From Chloroflexota bacterium (lineage in GTDB: Bacteria > Chloroflexota > Dehalococcoidia > JACPPY01), in assembly GCA_016190755.1 (NCBI GenBank), contig JACPPY010000076.1:1-58993 (forward strand): a stretch of DNA of 58,993 bases, read 5' to 3'. A model generated the notes under the pieces. The model made no database searches. It saw only the letters and a program-made list of their open reading frames with translations, and was not told where the DNA came from. Each line of letters begins with the position of its first letter. Positions within the stretch are counted from its first letter, which is position 1. Positions 28,353-38,311 of this stretch are shown one piece after another. Made by a program: the position numbers and the translations under genes.

Positions 28353-29603
28353 ATGCACACGTTCGAATCTCTCAGGCTGCGTGATTTCCGCTTTCTCTGG
28401 CTAGGCCAGCTGGCTACCAATATGGGCCAGTGGATGGACCAGGTCACGAGAGCGTGGCTGATCTACACGCTGACCGGTTCCGCCCTGCAACTGGGTCTGG
28501 TCACCGCTGCACGCGGGGCGCCGATGCTCATATTCGGAGCAGTGGCCGGAGCAGTGGCTGACCGCTACGGGCGCAAGTCACAGCTCATAATCGCCCAATC
28601 TGTCTCTGCTGTTCTGAACGTTGCCCTTGCCGTCCTTGTGGTCACCGGCAGAGTCCAGCCGTGGCACGTTTACGTGACGGCTTTTCTCGCGGGCACAGTG
28701 CACGCATTCCAGAACCCGGCGCGACAGGTCATGATAGACGACCTGGTGGGCAGGGAGCAATTACTCAATGCCATCTCCCTAAACACAGCCGCCGTAAACG
28801 TCAGTCGTAGCGTAGGCCCCGCACTGAGCGGCTTCCTCATAGCCTTTGTCGGTGTGGGCACATCGTATTTCTTGCAGGCGGGTCTGTTTGCCATGTCTAC
28901 AGTGTGGGTATTTCAAATAAGGGTCCCGGATTCTGCCCGCTTGACCTACGGTAAGAACAACATGGCTGGCCAGACCTTGCTGGGCAGCACGCGAGAGGGG
29001 TTTGCATATATAGCGTCGAACCGGACAATACTCGCTATTGTGGTCCTTGGGCTGGCCCCGATGGTACTGGGAATGCCCTTCGTCAGCCTGATGCCTATAT
29101 TCGCCATCGATGTGTTCCACGGCAATTCCGTGACGCAGGGGATATTGTTGACCACGATGGGCGTAGGGGGCATTCTTGGGGCCCTTGCCATAGCGTCGGT
29201 CCGGCGTGGCGAAGCAATGAATGGGGCGCTGATGCTTGGCGCTGCGGCGGGATTCGGCCTTAGCCTGGTGTTCTTTTCCCGTTCTCCCCTGGCGGTCATA
29301 GCGGCATTGTTCACAATGCTGGCCGGGGTATGCCACTGTTCCTATACGGCTCAGGCCCAGACGATGCTTCAAGTGCTAACTCCGACAAACTTGCGCGGGC
29401 GAGTGCTCGGCATATACATGCTAGATAGAGGGCTCACCCCTATAGGCAGCCTGCTTGCCGGTGCGCTGGCCACCTTTCTGGGGGGGCCGTGGGCGGTCAC
29501 ACTGATGGGAGCTTCGTGTTTCCTCCTGGCGACGGGCGTCGCCTTCTTCGCTCCTAACCTGTGGAGGTTGAGGGCCGTGCCCGGTGCCGATGCAGGAACA
29601 TGA
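28353..29603 (+). CDS. MFS transporter (DHA3/MFS_3-like)
   Basis: DFRFLWLGQ, GAVADRYGRK, NPARQ and LRGRVLG; about 12 TM segments. Confidence 0.9.
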   Translation: MHTFESLRLRDFRFLWLGQLATNMGQWMDQVTRAWLIYTLTGSALQLGLVTAARGAPMLIFGAVAGAVADRYGRKSQLIIAQSVSAVLNVALAVLVVTGRVQPWHVYVTAFLAGTVHAFQNPARQVMIDDLVGREQLLNAISLNTAAVNVSRSVGPALSGFLIAFVGVGTSYFLQAGLFAMSTVWVFQIRVPDSARLTYGKNNMAGQTLLGSTREGFAYIASNRTILAIVVLGLAPMVLGMPFVSLMPIFAIDVFHGNSVTQGILLTTMGVGGILGALAIASVRRGEAMNGALMLGAAAGFGLSLVFFSRSPLAVIAALFTMLAGVCHCSYTAQAQTMLQVLTPTNLRGRVLGIYMLDRGLTPIGSLLAGALATFLGGPWAVTLMGASCFLLATGVAFFAPNLWRLRAVPGADAGT

Positions 29604-29608
29604 GGCCG

Positions 29609-31792
29609 TCACCTGCATTCGAGTCGATTCTGAAGCCGGGTATAACGATGCTGCACTCGGTCGTTCTTCACCGCCAAAGCTACAGCCTTCTTGCTACCGA
29701 CGATTATTGCAAGCCTCCTGGCCCTTGTCAGGGCGGTGTACAACAGGTTCCTCTGAAGCATCATGTAGTGCTGCATCAGCATTGGCACGATCACAGCCGG
29801 GTACTCGCTCCCCTGCGACTTGTGTACGGAGATGGCATAGGCCAGCACTAGCTCATCCAGGTCCGCCCGGTCGTAGCTGACCACTCTCCCATTGAAGTTG
29901 ACCTGTATCCTGTGTTCAACTAGGTCGACGGAAGTCACCCGGCCCACATCGCCGTTGAACACCTCTTTCTCGTAGTTGTTGCAGGTCTGCATTACCCTAT
30001 CACCGGCCCTGAAAATCCTGTCCCCATACGAAACAGCCGACCCCTGAGGGTTGAGCAGCGACTGCATCTCGGCATTGAGGTTGCCTACACCCACCGTGCC
30101 CCTGTGCATGGGAGTCAGTACCTGCACATCCTCAACAGGATCGAGACCGAATGTACTGGGCAGCCTGCGACAGCAGAGCTCCTTCACCACTTCCAGGACC
30201 TTGCCGGGGTCGTCTCGCTCTATGAAATAGAAATCTGTCTTGCCCTGTGCTTTCGTGGAGACAAATTGGCCCTGGTTAACCCGGTGGGCGTTGAGCACGA
30301 TCATGCTCTCCTGGGCCTGCCGGAACACTTCCGTGAGCCGCACTACATCTATGCAGCCTGAGTTGATCATGTCTTTTAGAACGTTTCCCGGCCCCACCGA
30401 GGGCAACTGGTCTACATCACCAACCAGTATAAGCGTAGCCTGCGGGGGAACAGCCTTTAGCGTGTGGTTCATGAGCAAGATATCGATCATGGAGGACTCG
30501 TCTACTATGATCACGTCTGCCTCCAGAGGATAGGCCTCGTTCCTGGCGAAGCCGTGCTCCTTGGGGTTGTACTCCAGCAGCCGGTGTATGGTCTTGGCCT
30601 CGCGGCCGGTGACCTCGGACAACCTCTTCGCTGCTCGTCCAGTTGGTGAGGCCAACAGTATGCGCTGTCGCTTCTTTTCCAGTATCTTTATGAGGCTATT
30701 GATCAACGTCGTCTTGCCGGTGCCCGGGCCACCGGTGATAACCAGCACCTTGCTACGTATAGCCTTCCTTATGGCCTCTTTCTGGAGTTCGGCCAGTTCC
30801 ATACGGTTCGTCTGCTGCACCCATTCAATAGCCTTCTCCACGTCTATTTGAAGTGTTCTCCTGGGGGACTGAAGCAACGTCTTGAGCCTCCTGGCGGCGT
30901 TCACTTCGGCCACGTGCAGCGGTTTAAGGTACACTGGAGTGTCCTCTCCCTCTTCAACCACTACCAGGTCTTGAACGGCAAGCGAGGATACCGCCGCCTC
31001 CAACACACCGGTCTCTACTCCCAGCAGCTCTGAGGCCTTAAGCAACAGGTCCTGGTAGGGGTAATACACATGCCCTTCATCAACCAACTCGCTCAACACA
31101 TGAGCAATGCCGGCCTCGGCCCTTATCTGCGAGCCGGGGTCAACGCCCATGCTGCGGGCGATTATGTCCGCGGTCTTGAAACCGATGCCGGTGACGTCCA
31201 GCGCCAGGCGGTAGGGGTTCTGCGTGACTGTGGGGACAGCTTTGTCGCCATAAACCTTGTAGATTTTTACCGCGTGCGTGGAGCTGACTCCATGGCTTTG
31301 GAGGAAGATCATGACCTGCCTGACCTCTTTCTGCTCATGCCATGCTAAGCAGATCCTTGCTTGCCTGACAGGCCCAATACCCTCGACGTCGAGAAGGCAC
31401 TCAGGCATCTGTTCGATGCGGTCCAGTGTGTCCAGTCCGAACTTCTTCACTATCCTGCTCGCCATGACTGGTCCGATACCCTTGACCAGCCCGGAGCCAA
31501 GGTACTTCTGTATGCCGGTCAATGTAGACGGGAGGATGGAGAGGCAGCTAGAGACGCGGAACTGCCGGCCAAACCTGGAGTCACTGGTCCACTGTCCTGT
31601 CAATCGCAGTGTTTCCCCGGGATTGGGAAGCGCCATGTTGCCGACGATGGTAACGAGGTCGTGGCAACCGGGCACCTGGAGGCGGGCGACCGCGTAGCTG
31701 TTCTCCTCGTTGAAAAAGACAATGCGCTCCAGGACGCCTTCCACAGTGGCCGGTGCAGATGTGGCGCTGCGTTGTGCGGGTTCTGCATGCAT
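29609..31792 (-). CDS. recD2: RecD2 helicase
   Basis: HhH KGIGP, NPYRL, GGPGTGKTT, PTGRAAKR, VDESSM, GDVDQLPSVG and HKSQGSE. Confidence 0.96.
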   Translation of the reverse strand: MHAEPAQRSATSAPATVEGVLERIVFFNEENSYAVARLQVPGCHDLVTIVGNMALPNPGETLRLTGQWTSDSRFGRQFRVSSCLSILPSTLTGIQKYLGSGLVKGIGPVMASRIVKKFGLDTLDRIEQMPECLLDVEGIGPVRQARICLAWHEQKEVRQVMIFLQSHGVSSTHAVKIYKVYGDKAVPTVTQNPYRLALDVTGIGFKTADIIARSMGVDPGSQIRAEAGIAHVLSELVDEGHVYYPYQDLLLKASELLGVETGVLEAAVSSLAVQDLVVVEEGEDTPVYLKPLHVAEVNAARRLKTLLQSPRRTLQIDVEKAIEWVQQTNRMELAELQKEAIRKAIRSKVLVITGGPGTGKTTLINSLIKILEKKRQRILLASPTGRAAKRLSEVTGREAKTIHRLLEYNPKEHGFARNEAYPLEADVIIVDESSMIDILLMNHTLKAVPPQATLILVGDVDQLPSVGPGNVLKDMINSGCIDVVRLTEVFRQAQESMIVLNAHRVNQGQFVSTKAQGKTDFYFIERDDPGKVLEVVKELCCRRLPSTFGLDPVEDVQVLTPMHRGTVGVGNLNAEMQSLLNPQGSAVSYGDRIFRAGDRVMQTCNNYEKEVFNGDVGRVTSVDLVEHRIQVNFNGRVVSYDRADLDELVLAYAISVHKSQGSEYPAVIVPMLMQHYMMLQRNLLYTALTRARRLAIIVGSKKAVALAVKNDRVQHRYTRLQNRLECR

Positions 31793-31800
31793 CAGTAGTT

Positions 31801-31829
31801 ACTATAGCAGCAGGTGTTGACACAGACAA
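31801..31829 (-). promoter_or_regulatory. Sigma70-type promoter of recD2 (near-leaderless)
   Basis: TTGTCT-N17-TATAGT, 8 nt upstream of the ATG; no SD. Confidence 0.55.
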
Positions 31830-31893
31830 ACGGTCGCGGGGTCTCAGGACTGTCTTGCATACTATCTCTTAACCTGTTCGTGTTTATCTCACA

Positions 31894-31924
31894 CACGGTC
31901 TGAAGGCGGCCTCTCAGGACCGTG
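31894..31924 (-). terminator. Stem-loop downstream of dodecin
   Basis: CACGGTC...GACCGTG with inner TGA/TCA and AGG/CCT pairing. Confidence 0.45.
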
Positions 31925-31949
31925 CGAAATAGGCCATGTGTGGTTTGCC

Positions 31950-32165
31950 CTACTCCCTGCCTTCGTATTTGAAAGAGAGCTTGATCTTTGCTCGGTAGGC
32001 GATGACCTTGCCTTCCTCGACCTGCATATCCAACTCGACGATCTCAGCTATGCGTAGGTCTCGCAGCGTATGTGACGCGGTCTCCACTGCCGTAGCCGCT
32101 GCCTTTTCCCAGGAATCTGGGCTGGTGCCGACCAGCTCGATGATCTTATAAACGCTTCCCACCAA
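31950..32165 (-). CDS. Dodecin family flavin-binding protein
   Basis: SVYKIIELVGTSPDSWEKAA...YRAKIKLSFK; AAGGAGG RBS. Confidence 0.92.
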   Translation of the reverse strand: MVGSVYKIIELVGTSPDSWEKAAATAVETASHTLRDLRIAEIVELDMQVEEGKVIAYRAKIKLSFKYEGRE

Positions 32166-32442
32166 GGTGCTCCTCCTTCTGATGTCTACTTCACTCTCCC
32201 TACCTCTAACTTCATAATATACCCGCAACTTCGCCTACTGATTCATTGGTCAGAGCCAGGAGAAGCGACCTTGGTATTCAGCAGTACATCAGCGCAAGGC
32301 GCTCCGGGAGTTCGTTAACGCATCTTGCAATGGGGTAGCCATGAGAGTCCTTTCCGTGTTGGCTGCTGTGGTGGTATTATTACTTCACTTAATAGCAAGA
32401 TCAAGCAGGTAATTATCGCGTCTTTTGTTATGGAGGTGCTCG

Positions 32443-33924
32443 ATGGCCGACCGACATAGTTCTTTGTACTTATTGGCACTACTGCTTTTGATCGTGATCA
32501 TGGCTTCTGTAGCATGCAGTTCCAATCCACAGTCAACGACAGCACCCGCTGGGTCGTCCACATCTGCGCCGGCATCTACGTCGGCCCCTACCTCTGCTCT
32601 GAATACTTCATCGGCAATCACGACTCCCACGACCACGACGTCTGTGGCCCGGGTAACTACGACTTCATCTCCGGCGCCGACGGCCACCACCACCACGTCA
32701 ACCACAATACTTATGCCTCCATCGACCATCGCACCTGCGCCGTCGACGACCATATCACCAACACCTAGTCCGACACCAAGGCCCGTGTCCACGCCAGCCA
32801 TTACTCCTACGCCCACAGCAATTCCTGTCGTGACATGGCGTAATACCTTTGGTGGCACAATGGATGATACCGGCACTTGTGTTGAACAGGCTCCCGACGG
32901 CGGGTATCTTGTCGCCGGAATTACTAAGTCCGGAACGGCCACCGGCTCCGACATCTACTTGGTGAAGATCAATTCCCAGGGACAACAAGAATGGGCCAAG
33001 AATATCGGCGCCACGCTTTACGACCAGGGCATGCAAGTGCGGGCGACGAAAGATGGCGGCTATGTCGTGGTAGGAAGAACTTTCGACACCAGTGCCAACC
33101 GGTATCGAGCGATCTTGCTCAAGATAGACTCCAAGGGCAATCAGGAATGGGCTCAGACCTCCACGTTGACGGACAGGCACGCGGAGGGCCAATCGGTACA
33201 GCAGACCACTGATGGCGGATATATACTCGCTGGTTGGGTCTGGACCGATGGCGATGATGCTGCGTACTTGATGAAGACAGACAGCCGGGGAACCAAGGAA
33301 TGGGAAAAGATGTATGGTGGCAACGGTACGGAAGCAGCATATTCGGTTCAACAAGCGTCAGACGGTGGTTACATCATGGTAGGCGAGACGAATAGCTCCG
33401 GCGCCGGCCGCAAAGACATGTATGTGGTCAAGACGGACGCTAAAGGCAGTCAGGAATGGTCCAAGACATTTGGAGGAACCGTCGACGAGATAGCTTACTC
33501 GATCCAGAAAACCTCGGATGGCGGGTACATACTGGCAGGAGAGACCGATTCATTCGGGGCCTACAAGGACGGCTACCTGGTCAAGATTGATGCCAAGGGA
33601 GACCAGCAATGGTACAAAGTTATCGGCGGCAATGGGGAAGACTTCTTCTATTTCGCTCAGCAGACCAAAGACGGCGGATACATAGCCGTTGGCTCGACCA
33701 CCTCCTTCGGCAGAGGCGGGAGAGATGTTTATCTGGTCAAGACTGACGAAAAAGGGAATCAGCTATGGTACAGGACGTTCGGCGAATACACTTATGATAG
33801 CGGGTGGTGGGTACAACAGACCGCGGATGGAGGATACATTATTGCTGGTAGTACTAACTCCTCTGGCCACGGCGTCCTGGATGCCCTTGTAATCAAAACG
33901 GATGCTGATGGCAAAGTCCAATAG
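32443..33924 (+). CDS. Lipoprotein with a Ser/Thr/Pro stalk and a 7-repeat beta-propeller
   Basis: Lipobox SVAC; about 110-aa S/T/P linker; seven ~51-aa repeats W.K.FGG...DGGYI.AG...YLVK.D..G; GGAGG RBS. Confidence 0.85.
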   Translation: MADRHSSLYLLALLLLIVIMASVACSSNPQSTTAPAGSSTSAPASTSAPTSALNTSSAITTPTTTTSVARVTTTSSPAPTATTTTSTTILMPPSTIAPAPSTTISPTPSPTPRPVSTPAITPTPTAIPVVTWRNTFGGTMDDTGTCVEQAPDGGYLVAGITKSGTATGSDIYLVKINSQGQQEWAKNIGATLYDQGMQVRATKDGGYVVVGRTFDTSANRYRAILLKIDSKGNQEWAQTSTLTDRHAEGQSVQQTTDGGYILAGWVWTDGDDAAYLMKTDSRGTKEWEKMYGGNGTEAAYSVQQASDGGYIMVGETNSSGAGRKDMYVVKTDAKGSQEWSKTFGGTVDEIAYSIQKTSDGGYILAGETDSFGAYKDGYLVKIDAKGDQQWYKVIGGNGEDFFYFAQQTKDGGYIAVGSTTSFGRGGRDVYLVKTDEKGNQLWYRTFGEYTYDSGWWVQQTADGGYIIAGSTNSSGHGVLDALVIKTDADGKVQ

Positions 33925-34016
33925 GGTAAATATCAACTTTGCTTCTGTCCAGGTCACCGAAAAATACTGTCTGTCCGGCCAGCGTCCAGCATCGCGGCAG
34001 CATTCGGCGGCTTGCA

Positions 34017-35289
34017 CTATGCCGGGTTCATTACTCTGCCAACGAAGAGGACGCTGCCGGTCTTGATATCACGTATCAGGAAGACGAATGGGCGATCGAT
34101 GCTCATAGTCTTGATTTCCGCGGGCATGCCAGTTGTCCCCACAATCACTCCTGTGGCGGCAGCAGCTTCGGTGCCGTTTTCATCAACGGAGACATAAGCC
34201 TTATGCACCACGTCCGTGATGTATAGGTCCTTCGCACCGTCCATGCCGGAGAAATCAGCCTGTGCTGCATCAAAGGCCACTCGCATGCCTAGTTGGCTCA
34301 GAGTCTGTTTGAGGCCGAGCTCTGCCTCTATCTTGAATTTGGGCATGGTCAGGTCTACTTCGTTGACCTTCAGGCTCTGAATGATCTGGGACACCTTCTG
34401 GTTGTCCAACCCGGTTTCAAAAATCTTGAACTGGCCCGCCTTCGGCAGCAGTATGATCATGGCGAGCTCACCACCATCATAAGGCAGCTGCACCGCCTGG
34501 TAGCTATCTCCTTCAGCATAAGGGAAACTGTGCCTTTGCTTCATCATGGCTGCGCTGACCTGGCTATTGTTCAGCAGTGTGAATTTGCCCTCTACGGTAG
34601 ACTCTTTCCTGAATTGAGAAGCCCAGGCGGCATTGAAATAGATGGCGTTGGTGAGCACCAGGCGGGTCAATTCATTGATGGCACCGGTTGGTAGCAGGTC
34701 CTTGATCTTGCCTTCGGTCTGCTCACTGACCCACTGGTTGATGATCTGCCGTGAGGGTTCGGGGGACTTAATGTAGTCTACAATGCGCAAACCAGCACCA
34801 TAGTTCTCCGCCAGCAAATCCAGGTAGGCCGAAAGGAACTTGAAGTCCTTCTGCCCCCAGATAGCATTGACTACCTTGAGACGGAAGCCTTTTTCATCCT
34901 GTCCTTTGGCTCCTTGTCCTCGTTTAGCCAATTCCATGTCCAGCTTGTTGAAGGCGGGATGTAACTGTCCCTGGGCTAGAAGGAACTGCATGGCGGCGGC
35001 CATCTCCATCTCCGTTTGGGCTCTTGCCCCTCCATAGGTCATGGCTAAGGCTTGAGAGATGCTGTAAGACGAGTAGAAGAGGTTGCCATCTTTCTCTTTG
35101 AGCAGTTGATAGATTGAAGGAGAAGGCACTGTTGCCTTTGACCAGATCATCCAGATCAGATTGGCTAACGACGGGTGAAGTCTGGCGTGGCTTGTCTGAT
35201 TTCAATTCGGCGGCGCTGACCGGCTGTACGCATGATGCCAACGTCAACACAAGAATCAAGGACAAAAACAAAGCTGCCGCTCTTTTCAT
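34017..35289 (-). pseudogene. Lipoprotein serpin split by one frameshift (pseudogene or sequencing error)
   Basis: The N-terminal ORF has lipobox LASC and GNSAFSFNL. The C-terminal frame has NLFYS.YSIS, INQWVSEQTEGKI, NAIYFNAAW, DENGTEAAAAT and DRPFVFLIRD. The shift is at about 35110. Confidence 0.85.
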
Positions 35290-35340
35290 GACGTCATTCC
35301 TTAACAGTGAACGTGGGCGTCAACACCCACAACTATATTA

Positions 35341-35367
35341 CAACGAATAGAACTCCAGAAAGTTTCT
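35341..35367 (-). promoter_or_regulatory. ECF-sigma-type promoter of the serpin
   Basis: AGAAAC-N16-CGTTG on the minus strand, with a T-run after the -35. Confidence 0.6.
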
Positions 35368-35378
35368 CCGCAATAGCC

Positions 35379-35406
35379 TGTAACATTTTTCGCTCCTCCT
35401 GCGTTA
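35379..35406 (+). promoter_or_regulatory. ECF-sigma-type promoter of the lipoprotein/DUF5666 genes
   Basis: TGTAAC-N17-CGTTA with a T-run after the -35. Confidence 0.6.
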
Positions 35407-35460
35407 CTAGGTGTATACGTACCTCGTCATGAGGAATTCTTGCAAGAAAGGAGCACTCGG

Positions 35461-35964
35461 TTGAAAAGGAAACTGGTTCGCCTTCTTACCCCCGTTCTGG
35501 CGATATCGGCGGTGACCTTTGCCGGTTGTGCGTCATCCGCCGGGCCGACCTCGTCTACCAAGCCACCAGCCACGTCGCCGGCCTCTAAGTCCGCTCAAAG
35601 TACCAAGACTGTGCAGAGCACAACTCCTGCGACGACCACAACCAGGACATCACCCGCTACCAGCACGTCGTCTGCCACCACAACGGCGCCCGCTACCAGC
35701 TCAACACCCGCGGTCAGCATATTCCTGAACATCACAGAGCCTGCGGATGAGAGCGTAACCGGTGAAAGCACCGTTACCATCAAGGGACAGACAACGCCCG
35801 AAGCAGTATTGAGCGTGAATGCCGACCTGGTCGCGGTTGACGCTAGCGGAAAGTTTGCCGTGGCCGTCCCCCTTGAAGAAGGACCTAATCCCTTCGATAT
35901 CATCGCCACAGATGAAGATGGAAACCAGGCAAGCGTCCAGTTGGTTGTCTCATACGCCCCATAG
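35461..35964 (+). CDS. Lipoprotein with a Ser/Thr stalk and a C-terminal Ig-like domain
   Basis: Lipobox FAGC, S/T linker and the ITEPAD...VTIKGQT...VPLEEGPN Ig-like pattern; AGGAG RBS before TTG. Confidence 0.8.
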   Translation: MKRKLVRLLTPVLAISAVTFAGCASSAGPTSSTKPPATSPASKSAQSTKTVQSTTPATTTTRTSPATSTSSATTTAPATSSTPAVSIFLNITEPADESVTGESTVTIKGQTTPEAVLSVNADLVAVDASGKFAVAVPLEEGPNPFDIIATDEDGNQASVQLVVSYAP

Positions 35965-36062
35965 CCGAATTACGAACAACGAGAGGCACGTTAAGCGAGA
36001 GGTCAACAACCCAGGATCTTAGCAAAGGCCAAAATAAAACTAATAGATAAAGGAGGAAACCA

Positions 36063-36875
36063 ATGAAGCACATATTTCGTACAGTCCTGATCCTTACCCT
36101 AGTAGCAGTAACCGCGATCGCCGGCACAAGTGTCGCCCTTGCCGCCGGTCCTGCCCAGGAACTTCAAATTAAGGGAACCATAAGCGACATAGCCAACGCT
36201 GCTACGCCACCCACGGTAACTATCACCCCCAAAGAGGGCGCCGCTGTCACAGTGAAGATCGATGACAAGACCAAGATCACCAAGGCCGGAGTCGGTCAGG
36301 CTACCGTCGCCGACCTGGCAAAGGGTGACCGCGCCACGGCGGAATATGATAAGGATACCCTGGTAGCAAGCCGGATCCAAGCCAGTAAGCCTATCTCTAA
36401 ACATCACGCGTACACGGGCACTATCAAATCCACCAGCGCCACCGGACTTGTGATTACCACCAAGAAAGGCGAAGTAACTATTGATGTAAACGCCCAGACC
36501 AGGTACAAGGTACCGGGACTCAAGGACGCCACGCTTGCGAATTTTAAGACCGGCAATAAGGTTGCCGTCCTCGCCGTGGAGTCAGGCACGGCCAGCCTGG
36601 CCCTGCACGTGATCCTCATCCCCGGCAAGCCGACCTCTGTCCAGCGCGTGGGCACGATCGAAGCATACGAAGCAGGTAAAAGCATCACCATCAAGGATAA
36701 GAAGGGCGACACCTCGACCTTTGTAGTAAATGCGGATACCAAGATTAGCTTCAAGAAAGGCGCTACTGAGGTCAAGGTAGGCGCGCGCGCCACGGTAACC
36801 GCCAAGCGCGACCCCGCCACCGACCAGTTTACTGCCAAGAATATGCTGGTCTTCGGCACCAAAGAGTCCAAGTAA
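36063..36875 (+). CDS. Secreted DUF5666-like protein with three beta-barrel repeats
   Basis: Signal peptide VALA|A; three repeats of G.I...T.I...L..G..V; Lys-rich; AAGGAGG RBS. Confidence 0.75.
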   Translation: MKHIFRTVLILTLVAVTAIAGTSVALAAGPAQELQIKGTISDIANAATPPTVTITPKEGAAVTVKIDDKTKITKAGVGQATVADLAKGDRATAEYDKDTLVASRIQASKPISKHHAYTGTIKSTSATGLVITTKKGEVTIDVNAQTRYKVPGLKDATLANFKTGNKVAVLAVESGTASLALHVILIPGKPTSVQRVGTIEAYEAGKSITIKDKKGDTSTFVVNADTKISFKKGATEVKVGARATVTAKRDPATDQFTAKNMLVFGTKESK

Positions 36876-36900
36876 TTAGCCCTCTGACAAGTTCTGTTTC

Positions 36901-36927
36901 GAGGCCGGACCAATTTGGTCCGGCCTC
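36901..36927 (+). terminator. Stem-loop after the DUF5666 gene
   Basis: GAGGCCGGACCA-ATT-TGGTCCGGCCTC, a 12-bp perfect stem. Confidence 0.7.
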
Positions 36928-37113
36928 AGCATAGCTACCATTCACCAAGAAGGTAGCTCTCCTCCAATGCAGGTGATAGAATCACTTTACCTTAGCTGGA
37001 GTATGATACAATCGTCTTTGTTCCCATTGGGAATCCCGCCTGATCGTCAGCCTTCACTGACGTGAAGGCAGCTACCAAGCTCAAGGCGACGACGACTTAC
37101 TTTGAGGCGCGAA

Positions 37114-38055
37114 ATGCCTGACACACAATTCCAAAGACCAGAAATAATCCGCCCGCCCAGCGAATGGAGGAGCTACTTCCTCCCCCTGACCAGCGGTTGT
37201 TCCAACAATACCTGCACCTTCTGCCGCTATTATGGATCGAAACTTCGCATAAGGGACGTCGATGATGTGAAACGAGAGGTGGGCGCCCTGGCGTTTTTTG
37301 TCAGGGGCGGCGGCTACCTCCCTGGAACACCGGAAGAGGTATACGCCATCGGCAGGGGCTGGGATGGAAAGAGGATATTCTTGCAGGATGGAGATGCCCT
37401 CGTTTATCCCTTTCCGAAACTGACGGAAGTGCTCGAACACGTGGGTTTGAAGCTCCCGTTCGTTCAGAGAATTGGGGCCTATGCTACGGCCCAGGATATA
37501 TTGCGTAAGAGCCCTGCCGAGCTAGCGGAACTGAAAAGGCTCAAACTCGGCATCCTATATCTGGGAGTCGAAAGCGGCGATGACGAGGTGCTCCGGAATA
37601 CAGCAAAGGGAGCTACTTCACAGCAAATGATCGAAGCGGGAAGAAGAGTGAAGGAGGCAGGCATACTTCTCTCGGTAACTGTCTTACTGGGTCTCGGTGG
37701 CGTGCCGGGCAGCGAGCGGCACGCCGGTGAGACAGCCAAGGTCCTGACGGAAATTGACCCCGACTACGCAGGGGCTTTGACTCTCACTCTCGTTCCAGGC
37801 ACTCCCTTGTTCGATGAATGCCAGAGAGGCGCGTTCGTGCCTGTTTCGCCGTTCGAGTCCATCAGGGAACTCGCGGATATTCTGGCCAAATCGGAGTTAA
37901 CCAATTGTTTCTTTAGCTCCATGCATGCTTCCAACTACCTGTCCATCAGAGCAAAGCTGCCTGAGGAACGAAACCACACGATTGCTGAGATAAACCATGT
38001 TCTGGCACAGGGAGACCCGTCCCAGCTCCGCGCCGAGTTCCTCAGAGGGCTGTAG
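37114..38055 (+). CDS. Radical SAM Fe-S protein
   Basis: IRPPSE, GCSNNTCTFC (CX4CX2C), FLQDGDAL, YLGVESGDD and HASNYL. Confidence 0.92.
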   Translation: MPDTQFQRPEIIRPPSEWRSYFLPLTSGCSNNTCTFCRYYGSKLRIRDVDDVKREVGALAFFVRGGGYLPGTPEEVYAIGRGWDGKRIFLQDGDALVYPFPKLTEVLEHVGLKLPFVQRIGAYATAQDILRKSPAELAELKRLKLGILYLGVESGDDEVLRNTAKGATSQQMIEAGRRVKEAGILLSVTVLLGLGGVPGSERHAGETAKVLTEIDPDYAGALTLTLVPGTPLFDECQRGAFVPVSPFESIRELADILAKSELTNCFFSSMHASNYLSIRAKLPEERNHTIAEINHVLAQGDPSQLRAEFLRGL

Positions 38056-38146
38056 AGGTATCCTGCAAACGGCCTGACACCAGCAGACCGCGTTCACATG
38101 GAAAGGCCCAGGCGGATACATGTGGAGACGTAGAGTACAAAACATT

Positions 38147-38305
38147 AGGAAGGGCGTGGACGCCGGACCAGGCCCGTCCTTCGCTGTACTCAGGCGGCAC
38201 CTCATCGTAGTGCAGGTGACTGTCCACCTCACAGCGCGAGGGTCGTGCCGGTGTGTGCCCGCCCTCGCAATGCCCGGCGTCCTAGCTCATCCCCGTAAAA
38301 GGCTG
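38147..38305 (-). ncRNA. Candidate structured noncoding RNA (possibly 6S-like)
   Basis: Closing stem GGACGCCGG/CCGGCGTCC and nested CGCTGT/ACAGCG, AGGTGG/CCGCCT, CACCT/AGGTG. G-U pairs favour the minus strand, and there is an upstream promoter. Confidence 0.55.
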
Positions 38306-38311
38306 AGCGAT

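Noticed and set aside
32341-32412. 23-aa hydrophobic small ORF MRVLSVLAAVVVLLLHLIARSSR
   Set aside because: Weak RBS and it overlaps the likely extended -10 (TGGTATTAT) of the downstream lipoprotein; no other support.
36928-37113. SAM or SAH riboswitch ahead of the radical SAM gene
   Set aside because: Only short hairpins (CCTTCAC/GTGAAGG, TTCCCA/TGGGAA); conserved aptamer core sequences were not found.
37114-38055. Non-canonical CX4CX2C radical SAM motif as a novelty
   Set aside because: GCS.N.CTFC after IRPPSE is the normal signature of this widespread subfamily.
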